Part shown: positions 11,384 to 20,768 of the stretch, one piece after another | How positions within the stretch are numbered: the stretch's first letter is position 1 | Layout of the letters: each line of letters begins with the position of its first letter | Source: Squalus acanthias | Lineage: Eukaryota | DNA: 64,000 nt | Assembly: GCA_030390025.1 (NCBI GenBank) | Contig: CM059432.1 | Span: 113,462,001-113,526,000, forward strand | Reading direction: 5' to 3' | Position numbers and translations under genes: made by a program | Notes under the pieces: model-generated | Told to the model about the DNA's origin: nothing | What the model saw: only the letters and a program-made list of their open reading frames with translations | Database searches by the model: none

Positions 11384-13207
11384 ATGGCGACCGCGGCAGG
11401 ACACTGGCAGCGAGAAAGTAATGTGTTAGACCCTGGTATGAATGGGCGAAATGTTATGGAAGAGAGAATAGCCGATTATGTGTTTGGTAAGGTTAATTTG
11501 ACTAAGAGATGGATAAGTGACCTGTTGGTGGATAAGCGTCCGCTAGACGCAGCCATCAGGTGGACAGGTAGCAAAGAACACAAAAAATCGGTAGAGAAAG
11601 CGGTTTGGCTGATGTGTTATAAAAAGCAAGTCCAGATTTCGGACCAGGTCATCGTAGCACAGGCTGCTCAGATCAAGGGTTTGGAGGTGGAGATGGAGGA
11701 AAAGGTCGCGGGGGGGCAGCAGCTCATCGCGTCCTTAAATGCGTTGCATCAGGAACGCCAGTTAGTCGCCAACCACCATGAGGCGAAAATAGATTACCTC
11801 GAGTGCCAGGTCACTGAGGCAAAATTAAATGAGGGTAGAATCAGGGAACGATGTGCCCGCCTAGCTGCTCAAATAAAAGCCCAGGAAGAGAGCTTAAAGG
11901 GGGTTAGGGCGGCATATAAGATGGCCCTCGAAGATAAACATGAGGGGGCCGACCACGGCGTCTGCCAGAGAGAGATAGGGAACCTTAAAGAGGCCCTGAA
12001 TAAAGCGCACGGCATGGTGTGCCTTATCATCCCGTCAGCGCACCAGCCGCAGGTGGGTAGGGAATTCCCAAAATCCCTACCAGACAAAGCAGAGGAGGTA
12101 TTTGCCACTGCGCCCTCTGCACCACCCAGCTATTCAGCAACCTGGGTAAGGGAGGAAGTGGTGGAAATAGAAGAGGAGGTCCCCGAGGTAGGACAATCCC
12201 CAGAGGTAGTAGTGAAGCCGGGACCATTGTGTCCGGTCACGGGTATCAAGAAGGGCCCGAACGGAGCTGGTGGAGAAGAGGGGAATCTCCTCAACCAGCT
12301 TGTGTTGCCTCACAGCTCACACCAGCTGAGGGCTATGATCAGTCACGTACGGAAGCTGTCCGAGTCAGACGACCCTTCCGTACATTTCAGGGAGGTAGAG
12401 CAGACCGCAGCCATTAACGGCTGCGACGATGGGGAAAGGGCTAAAATGCTGCTGTTCTCCTTAGACAGCTCGATCCTCCAGTGTCTCTCAGACGCGAGTA
12501 AAAAGGGTAATAGGACCTATGAGGAGTTAAGAGAGGAGATCCTAGAAGTGTTGGGGGCGGACGACGAAGGTCCGTTTGTTAAATTGGGACAGACTATGCA
12601 GATGGAGGGAGAACCCCCGAAGGTTTTCGCCGACAGGCTGTGGCCGGTATATCAGCGTAGCTGCCCAGGCACGCCAGCGCGTCACCGCATAGACGGTGTC
12701 GGTTTAGCTCACTGGCTCAGATGTTTAGTAGCCAACAGCTTGCCAACCGTCAGGGAGCAGGCCAAAGTGTGGTTTGACCCCACTAACCCCATCACAACTG
12801 AGGAGTCGGTCTTAAACCGACTCACGGTAGGGTACCGTAATACTAGGAGTACGGGAGCGCGTCCCCTTAAGGGAAAGGTGCATGAGGCACGGCCCAGCGC
12901 CCCGGCTCAAAAGGAGTGGCATCAGGAGGGAAATCGCGTCCCACAAGCCAGTAATGCTTGTTTCGGGTGCGGAAAGACAGGGCACTGGCGCAAGAACTGC
13001 AGGAACCTTTGGAAGGAGTCCAGGGATAAAAATCCCGCAGCCCGAGCCCAGGCGCTTGCCTCCGATAAGGGAGCTGGTGTGCATATCCATCCCGATGCGA
13101 TAGAATCAATGCTGGGAGCCATGCGGTCTCTCATGATTTCGCAAGGAAGGGTGGCAGTCGCTACCGGCCCCACAAATGCCACAGCCCCGTCCACCGGTAC
13201 CCAATGA
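11384..13207 (+). CDS. gag: Gag, 607 aa, open
   Basis: N-terminal coiled-coil-like region, PSAPPSY late motif, capsid-like region (Q..GEPPKVFADRL), single CCHC knuckle CFGCGKTGHWRKNC. Confidence 0.93.
   Translation: MATAAGHWQRESNVLDPGMNGRNVMEERIADYVFGKVNLTKRWISDLLVDKRPLDAAIRWTGSKEHKKSVEKAVWLMCYKKQVQISDQVIVAQAAQIKGLEVEMEEKVAGGQQLIASLNALHQERQLVANHHEAKIDYLECQVTEAKLNEGRIRERCARLAAQIKAQEESLKGVRAAYKMALEDKHEGADHGVCQREIGNLKEALNKAHGMVCLIIPSAHQPQVGREFPKSLPDKAEEVFATAPSAPPSYSATWVREEVVEIEEEVPEVGQSPEVVVKPGPLCPVTGIKKGPNGAGGEEGNLLNQLVLPHSSHQLRAMISHVRKLSESDDPSVHFREVEQTAAINGCDDGERAKMLLFSLDSSILQCLSDASKKGNRTYEELREEILEVLGADDEGPFVKLGQTMQMEGEPPKVFADRLWPVYQRSCPGTPARHRIDGVGLAHWLRCLVANSLPTVREQAKVWFDPTNPITTEESVLNRLTVGYRNTRSTGARPLKGKVHEARPSAPAQKEWHQEGNRVPQASNACFGCGKTGHWRKNCRNLWKESRDKNPAARAQALASDKGAGVHIHPDAIESMLGAMRSLMISQGRVAVATGPTNATAPSTGTQ
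11385..11402 (+). promoter_or_regulatory. Primer-binding site, tRNA-Arg(TCG)
   Basis: TGGCGACCGCGGCAGGAC is complementary to ...GTCCTGCCGCGGTCG-CCA, the vertebrate tRNA-Arg-TCG 3' end as I recall it. It starts 5 nt after the LTR CA. Confidence 0.85.
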
Positions 13208-16200
13208 CTAGAGCCCACGCAACCCGTCTACCTGTGTCCGCTCAGCTATGATGCGTGGAAACGACCCCTGGTGGAGATGGAGGTAGAGAAGCAGAAGGGT
13301 AGTTATTTGTTGGACACGGGAGCTTCATGCACTGTGATTCATACGGATAGCCCCTTTGACTCACCACTGTCGACCAAGGTCCCATACACATTAACGGGGT
13401 TCACGGGAAAAGAGCAGGCTGGCGCGTTCTCCATTCCGCTCTCCATTCATTTAGGAGCACTCCACACCACGTGGAAGTGGATATTGATGAAATGGCAAGA
13501 GGGGGATGGGAGAGGCATCCTCGGATCAGATCTCCTATCGGAGCACGGGATCCTCGTGGACCTTAGGAATCACTGTCTCTGGGGAGCCAAGGGTGGAAAA
13601 GGCAAGGTAGTGGTAATCCCGGGGGAGGAAGGTAAAGGGGCCCTGTGTACCATGAAGCCATCCGGAGGTTACGACCTCGGGCTTATGGTCACGGATGTCC
13701 CAACGGACATGCAGACGTACGTGTCAGATAATATGCACGCGTTTGCAACCCACAAGCACGATTGTGGGAGGGTTACCGGGTTTGAGGTCAGCGTAGATGG
13801 GGACCCCATGACCCGGCCCCAAAAGCAGTATAATTCTCCAAAGAAGCAGAACCCGATATGCAGACAGCAATGTCCTCCTTGGTGCATCAGGGCGTGTTGA
13901 GGCCGATAGCCACACACGTGAACTCCCCATTATGGCCGGTGAGGAAGCCGGATAATTCGTGGAGGGCCACGGTGGACTACAGAGTCCTCAATAGTAACAT
14001 TCCCACCTGCGCGCCCACGGTAGCAGCAGTTGCTGACCTAATAGGGAGTATCCCAGCGTCCGCGACCACGTTCACGGTGCTGGATATCTCGAACGGTTTT
14101 TGGTCCATCCCGCTGCGGCGAGAGGACCAGTACAAGTTTGCCTTTACTTTCAAAGGACAACAGTACACATGGAACTGTTTGCCACAGGGTTTCCACAACA
14201 GCCCCAGTATTTTCCATCAGTGTATGGCAGGAAGTTTAAAGGAGTTTAGTCAGCCCAATCAGATAGTGCAGTACGTGGATGATTTGCTCCTATTTACGGA
14301 CTCAAGGGAGGAGCATGGACCACTACTGGCCGAGTTATTGGAGCTGCTAGCGAGAAAGGGTTTTAAAGTTAACCCTAAGAAAGCACGTATCGGTCAGCAG
14401 GAAGTAAAATTCCTGGGGCTGACCATTCGCGCTGGGGAAAGAGCCATAGATAAGGCTAGGAGGGAGTCGGTGCAAGAGTTACCGATTCCCAACACCATAA
14501 GGGGTGTGAGGTCCTTTTTGGGACTGACCGGTTACTGCAGAGATTTTATCGAAGACTATGCGGCCACAGCAGCGCCGCTGCTCCGACTCCTCCATAAGGG
14601 AGTGGAGTGGTCTTGGGACGAGGGCTGCCAGGCAGCCTTCGAGAAGTTAAAAAGGAATTTGCAGACCGCGCCAGCTTTAGGGGCCATAGATGGGGGGAAG
14701 GAGTTTTTCCTGGAGGTAGCTGCCAGCGGAGACAGCTTGAGCGCTGTGCTGCTCCAAGAGCGTCACGGCAAGCTGAGGCCGGTTGTCTATTCGACCAGGG
14801 TGTTAACGGATGTAGAGAGGAGTTTCTCCAATTGCGAAATGCATCTTTTAGCCACGCATTGGGCTGTGAAAAGATCCGCGATCTTCACAGGGCTCTCTCC
14901 CATCACTCTCCTCACCCATCACACACCAACTAAGATGCTTCTAGATGGGAGGATTAAGGATGGGACCGTAAGCAGCGCTCGAATTGCGCGCTGGACCCTT
15001 CTCCTTTCCCAGATGGATCTTAGAGTTAAAGGTCTTTGCGAGCCCAGGCTTGCGGCCAACTTGGTATACCCCGGTACAGCCCACCAGTGTTCGGTGGAAG
15101 GGGTGTGGGAAGTCAACATAGGTTTGCGGGCTGGGATACATCCCACAGGGCGCGAAATTTATGTTGATGGATCCAGCACAGTGTCCGCTGGCGAACGACT
15201 CACAGGGTGTGGAGTTTATGACCCTGCGGCAAACCTTGCCCTGGCGATTAAGCTCCCTAGCACCATGAGCGCGCAGCAGGCTGAGCTGTCTGCGGTGGCG
15301 TACGTCGTTACCCACCCAGAAATTTTCCCAACCCCATACACGATTTGCTCGGACAGTATGTTCACATGCAATTCGTGTACGGAATACCTGGCCATTTGGT
15401 CCCGCCGTGGATACACCTCCGCGGACGGGCGACATTTAACGGTGAAGCCCTTGCTGGAAAAGATCCTAGCAGCAGTAGGGGAGGAAGGGGAGATTTTCAT
15501 CCATAAGGTGAAGGCTCACTCCTCCACAGAGCCCCGTGGAGAGGGCAACCAGCAGGCGGGTGCGCTAGCCAGGGAGGGTGCCCGTAACGGCATTTTCTGG
15601 GACCCCTATGGGCCCGGACCCGTGGCAGCGATCCAAGGCAGGGACGGGAATCCCGGGAACACCAGGGTAGCATTGCCCCTAGACCTTAAGACCGTCCAGA
15701 ACCAGGATCCCGCCCTAAAAGCAGTTCTCAGAACCATTGCTGAGGGCAAGCAGGTAGAGGGTCCGTACAGTACGGCAACCCTCTCCGTTAAAGAAGGCAT
15801 GCTGCTCCGCGAGGAGCAGTGGGTTGTGCCGCAGCAGCACAGGAGGGAATTCCTCCAGTTGGCTCATGAGGGGCCGGGGGCAGGGCACCCCGGGCCCGAG
15901 GTTACCTGGCAATGGGTAGAGCAGGCGGGATGATGGCCGGGACTCAGGGAGCAGGTCCGCGAGTTCTGTGCTAGCTGTCTTGTGTGTGCTGCAAACAACC
16001 CAGACCCCCAGAAAAGGAAAGTGCCCATGGGGCACATCAGGAGGGTGGAGGGACCATGGCAGTCGATACAGATCGACTATATAGGGCCCCTGCCCACCAC
16101 CCAGGGAGGCTACAAATACTGCCTCGTCTTGGTGGATGTGTTTTCCAAATGGGTAGAAGCCTTCCCCTGTAAAACAGCTACGGCGCTGGGTACTGCAAAA

Positions 16201-17748
16201 ATCTTGGTCCGGGAAGTGTTCTCGCGGTGGGGACTCCCCCATTTCGTGGAGTCAGACCAAGGGAGTCATTTCACCGGCCAGGTGATGCAGAACACCCTCA
16301 TGCTTTTGGGCATTGAAGGGAAGTGGCACGTAGCGCACAATCCCCAGTCATCCGGGATTGTTGAACGCATGAACCGGACCCTGAAGGAGAAATTGAGGAA
16401 AGAGACTATGAACTCGCCCCAAAAATGGGCGGAGGTTCTGCCTCTAGTCCTCATGGGGATCCGGGCCAGTCAGTCGAAAAGTACGGGGTATTCCCCGCAC
16501 GAGGTGATGACTGGAAGGATCATGCGAACCCCCACCCATGTACTAGCGCCGGTGCTCACTGAGGGTCAGCTCCAAGAGATAAGCAGGGACAAGTTCGTCC
16601 AGACCCTCTTGGAGCGCCTGAAGCAGGTTTATGAGCAGGCGGCTGGGAACATGGGAAGGCAGCATCAGGGCAATCGCCTGTTGCTGGAACCCCGCAAGAA
16701 GCAGGAGTGGGAAGTAGGAGACCAGGTCATGGTCAGAAACTATGCCAGAGTAGGGAGTCTGGAACCACTGTATATGGGACCCTACAGCATTGTAGATAAG
16801 GCGAGTCCCATGGTATACGCCGTAAGGGTACCTCGGCGCACTAAGTGGTTCCACGTAAATCAGTGCAAACTGTATGAGCCGGGTGCACAGGGGCCAACCA
16901 CAGGGGCCAAACCTGCGAGTGGGGACTCGCAGCCCCGGGTAGGACCGCAGGGCACGCAGGCTGGCAAAGCAGCTTGCATCAGGGGAGAGGACATCCTAGC
17001 AAAATGTAGGATCCTTTATTGGGGTTGGGAGTCAGATGAGGAAGAGTTCGAGGAGCTCGACCAAGATAGTGACCCGAGCAAAGAGGAGCTGGGATCGGAG
17101 GACGAAAGGTTCGCCCCCGATTCAAGTAAAGGGAAGATAGGGACTGCGAGTGGAGGTCCACACAGGGTGGAAGCAGAAGCTGCAGGTCCCGAACTCAGGG
17201 GGGCGGAGCTAGGGGAGGCGGAGCCAGCGGCTGTGGTGGGACCACAGGACATGGCGATGGAAGTCTCAGAACCCAGTCCGTCCGCCTTGGAAGTCTTGCC
17301 CTCGGGGGAGGTAGGGACTGGGAGTGAAGGGCCGCCTACTGGGCCAAGTAGGGCGGTGCCAGAGACTGCAGATCCCGAGTTCAGGGAGGCAGAGCCAGGG
17401 GAGGTGGAGCCAACGGCTGTGGTGGGACCACAGGTCGCGACGGTGGAAGTCTCGAAACCCGGTCCGTCGGTCCTGGAGTTCTTGCCCCCGGTAGCCCCCC
17501 GTAGGTCAAGTCGGACACCCCAGCCCAGGAAGGTATGGTCAAGTCCCCCGTATGTCCCCAGGCGTAGGTCCAAGGCCAAAGCAGCCCAGGGAGATCCCAG
17601 TCACAGCGCAGCAGCGACAGGCTGCGGCAGATCAAAGGGGGGGGGTCGGCGCCCTCCCACCGTTGGAAAGAGCTCGTGGCCGCCTTCACAGAATTTGAGT
17701 AGGCCGCCCTGGGAACGGGCAGCGCTGTACAGTTTAAGTTTAGGATAA
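13208..17748 (+). pseudogene. pol: Pro-Pol (protease, RT, tether, RNase H, integrase + C-terminal extension), disrupted
   Basis: LLDTGA (13313), ILGSD, LPQG, YVDD (14272-14283), IYVDGS/AELSAV/CSDS RNase H, HHCC, D-D-E integrase (IDYIG, SDQG, VERMN), GPY. One-base frameshift at ~13835-13850 and TGG>TGA at 15931. Confidence 0.95.
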
Positions 17749-17979
17749 GTTTGTAAGTTTATAAGTCTAAGTTTACAGTTTTAATCAGGTTAAGTCTTAA
17801 TTTTGATAAGTAAAAGATAAATGATGGGAGTTTAGATTAGGTTTAGTTGAAAGATCTATCCAGTGCACATGTCTTCTTACGTGAGGCGAGGTCAGGGGAC
17901 CCACTCACCCTTCACAAAAGCCAGAGACTCTTGCGAGGCTGGCTACCTCATGTTATCTGATCACAGGAACCAAGGAAGG

Positions 17980-20331
17980 ATGGAACGGATTCTGGTAGTG
18001 CTCGCGGCATTTGGATGTGGATTGGCCTATCGAGGCCGCACCAAGGATGTCGTGGTATTTGGTTGCTCCGGGGACACGGCCCCCATCGCGACGGATGGGA
18101 CCGGGAGGCGAGAGGCTGAGGAGACCGCCACTTATTTCCACAAGGGAAGGTGGCCAGGATGGCTGGGAACGAATTCAACTGAATACTCCAGTACATCGGG
18201 ATTTGCCTACAAAGAGACTTCTTTGATGTGCCCCAAAGTGAGGATCATTGCACCCAGGATCAGAGTCACCGTCGGCAAAAGGATTTGTTTGACTTGTAAT
18301 GGGAAAGTCCCATTGAGCCGATGGTGGTGGCTACGGAAATTGAACAAGAATATGAGAAATTCCTCGGTTGAGTGGGAGCGCTTGGGTAATAATACCCATC
18401 GGACAATTACGGGGACTAACGGACAATTGAAAGTCTGTTGGGACAAATGGTGGGAACCGGATGAGGGAATTTATGTATGTATGTGGGGGTCAAAGCACGT
18501 TTGCCCCAAAGGCATCTCCATATTTTTCGTAAACCAGTGGCAGGACAACGGGAAAGGGATGAGGTGGGATGCTAGCACCAGGGGGTGCGGAGCCCCATAC
18601 TCTCAGATCCTGGTAAACGCCACTGAACTCATCACGCGCCCACGCAAAGCTCCGCCCACGATTCCGGTGGTTTTGGCTCAGGAGGAAGGGTGCGCTAAAA
18701 CTACGAAGGGGCCCGGGAATGGTTTGGTACTGGTCCCTACAGACCAGATACTATTTCAGGGGGTACATTACGCGGTGGCTTCGGTGATTTTAAATCTCAC
18801 CGAGATGCGGTTGCCAGAGTGGTGCCCCAAAGAGACGGAACAATTGTACCAGGTCCTGTTGACAAATATGTTTAGACAATTCTACGAATTTGATTTTGCA
18901 GAGATTGACAAGACAAGCTTGTACACCACACCACACGAAGTTTTGGGTCAGGTGGGGAGACAAAGAAGGGGTATTGTGAACGATATGTTCACCACTTTTA
19001 ATACAGGAACATCTTTGGTCAATGCTCTAGACAACGTGGAGTTGCAGACCCAGATTAATGGTTTAAAAACACAATTAAAGAATATTCTTACAGACGAAAA
19101 TAAGGTGGTAGGGTCTGGGTTACATGAGGACCAGGCCATGACGCTACACTTAAAGGAAATTATAGCAGAGCTGGAGAAACACGCGCGTACGGTAAATGCC
19201 CTGATCAGGGAAGATCGGAATGCGTCTGATCAGGCTGCGCAGAACGAGGTGTGCGTGCTTTACGGGGTGTGGTTACTGGGCGAGGGCCGCAGTAATTTGG
19301 AGGATTTAAAACAAGGTTTGGTCCCGTCCTGGATAAGTAACAAACACCTGCAGGCGCTCCACCCTTTTCAGAACGCATTAAGCCCGTGCCAGCTCAGGCT
19401 AGCTTCAGAAGCATACCCAGTCCCCGTGGACTGCGGACGATCAAACCATACCATTATAGGTATAGTTTTACGTATGCCGGTTTTGGGCGACACAGCAAAG
19501 CCCGCCCCGGTGTATCGGGTAGAGAACATTGGTGTCATTCAGGGGGGAGCCCACATTCGCTACGCAGCGGTCCCACCTTACGTCATCCGCTGGGAGCAAA
19601 CGATGACAGGTACAGATCTCTCTGGTTGTCGTGGCAGGGGAGCACACATAATCCTGTGTCCCCAGCACTTGAATGCCTTTTTATCACCACAGTGCGGGTT
19701 CAGAACGGCTGGTGCCAAGCCCATGAATTGCACCATGGAGGCAACGGCACAAGATCATGTGCCTCCGCAGGTGGCATACATAGCGGGTGGAACATATTGC
19801 GTTACCACTGCAGCGCAACACTACCAGCATGGAAACCGTAGCCGGTGTCCAGTGAGTGACAGCAGTTTCTGTTTTAAACCCAGGGCTGAAGTTCAAGTGG
19901 CACAGCAGCGAATTGTCCCGATCCCTGAACCATCCACTGTTCATCTAACAGTAAAGGAGAATTTTACCGACTTGCAGCGATTCATCGCGCATTTCGGATA
20001 CCTCATTCCCCCTCTCCCTGAACACCTCACCAAACTTTTGAAAGCCGTTGCGATGTCGCAGAAACATTTTTATACCCTTGAGCAAAAGACCGTCGAGATA
20101 GGGTCAGAGATCCTAGACATAGTAATCCCACCGTGGTGGGATCTGTTCACCAACATTGAAGTGCCCTCCTGGATTAGAATAGCCTCCCACATTTTAGTTG
20201 TATGCCAGGTCATAATTGTAGTGTACCTATTGGTCGTGCACTGCAAGAGAGGCAAGCGCCTCACAAAGCAGGAGGACACAGGAGAGTGGAGAGAACGTTA
20301 CGTGCACGTGCACGAGGAAAGCGCCACGTAA
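17980..20331 (+). CDS. env: Env, ~783 aa, open class I fusion glycoprotein with N-terminal Ig-like domain
   Basis: Signal-like MERILVVLAAFGCGLA after a splice-acceptor-like TGATCACAG (17966). N-glycosylation sequons. Furin RQRR (18958-18969), heptad region, Cys-rich region, TM at ~20180-20240 and a short tail. Confidence 0.9.
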   Translation: MERILVVLAAFGCGLAYRGRTKDVVVFGCSGDTAPIATDGTGRREAEETATYFHKGRWPGWLGTNSTEYSSTSGFAYKETSLMCPKVRIIAPRIRVTVGKRICLTCNGKVPLSRWWWLRKLNKNMRNSSVEWERLGNNTHRTITGTNGQLKVCWDKWWEPDEGIYVCMWGSKHVCPKGISIFFVNQWQDNGKGMRWDASTRGCGAPYSQILVNATELITRPRKAPPTIPVVLAQEEGCAKTTKGPGNGLVLVPTDQILFQGVHYAVASVILNLTEMRLPEWCPKETEQLYQVLLTNMFRQFYEFDFAEIDKTSLYTTPHEVLGQVGRQRRGIVNDMFTTFNTGTSLVNALDNVELQTQINGLKTQLKNILTDENKVVGSGLHEDQAMTLHLKEIIAELEKHARTVNALIREDRNASDQAAQNEVCVLYGVWLLGEGRSNLEDLKQGLVPSWISNKHLQALHPFQNALSPCQLRLASEAYPVPVDCGRSNHTIIGIVLRMPVLGDTAKPAPVYRVENIGVIQGGAHIRYAAVPPYVIRWEQTMTGTDLSGCRGRGAHIILCPQHLNAFLSPQCGFRTAGAKPMNCTMEATAQDHVPPQVAYIAGGTYCVTTAAQHYQHGNRSRCPVSDSSFCFKPRAEVQVAQQRIVPIPEPSTVHLTVKENFTDLQRFIAHFGYLIPPLPEHLTKLLKAVAMSQKHFYTLEQKTVEIGSEILDIVIPPWWDLFTNIEVPSWIRIASHILVVCQVIIVVYLLVVHCKRGKRLTKQEDTGEWRERYVHVHEESAT

Positions 20332-20756
20332 ACGGCCAGGATGATGCCGCTCCATTTTACCATGTGTGTTTTTGTAATTGATTGTGAGTTATGAAGATAT
20401 GTAACTAAGTTTGGAACTCTGTATGTTTAAGAGTTGTTTTGATTATTTTTAATTTTGTGTTATTGAATTATGGTTGTTTGATTGTTTTGTTTTTCTTTTC
20501 CTTGAATAATAAAAAACATGCATATACAGGTGGTGCAAGAGGCATCGGCCTGTTACACGTGGAGGACATACACGCGGTGTAAGTTAAAGGCAAATACTGC
20601 CCACAGTTTTATAAAAATGTAATTTTTCCCTGGGAATTAAGGACAACACGGAGACCCTAGATAGTTTAAGTTAAGGGAGTATTTGGATATGGAGAATCGA
20701 GATAATGTTGCTCACCACCACTTTTAATTGATACGATAAGCGGAGTTATTCGCATC

Positions 20757-20768
20757 AACAGGAGGGAC
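20757..20768 (+). promoter_or_regulatory. Polypurine tract
   Basis: AACAGGAGGGAC immediately before the TG of the 3' LTR. Confidence 0.85.

Noticed and set aside
13825..13860. Programmed -1 frameshift between protease and RT
   Set aside because: No X XXY YYZ slippery heptamer, and the shift falls inside the RT N-terminal QY..P motif. More likely a 1-nt deletion or sequencing error.
17863..17979. Extra 39 N-terminal codons of Env in the ORF track
   Set aside because: GTG start upstream of the splice-acceptor-like site. ATG 17980 is followed directly by a signal-like peptide.
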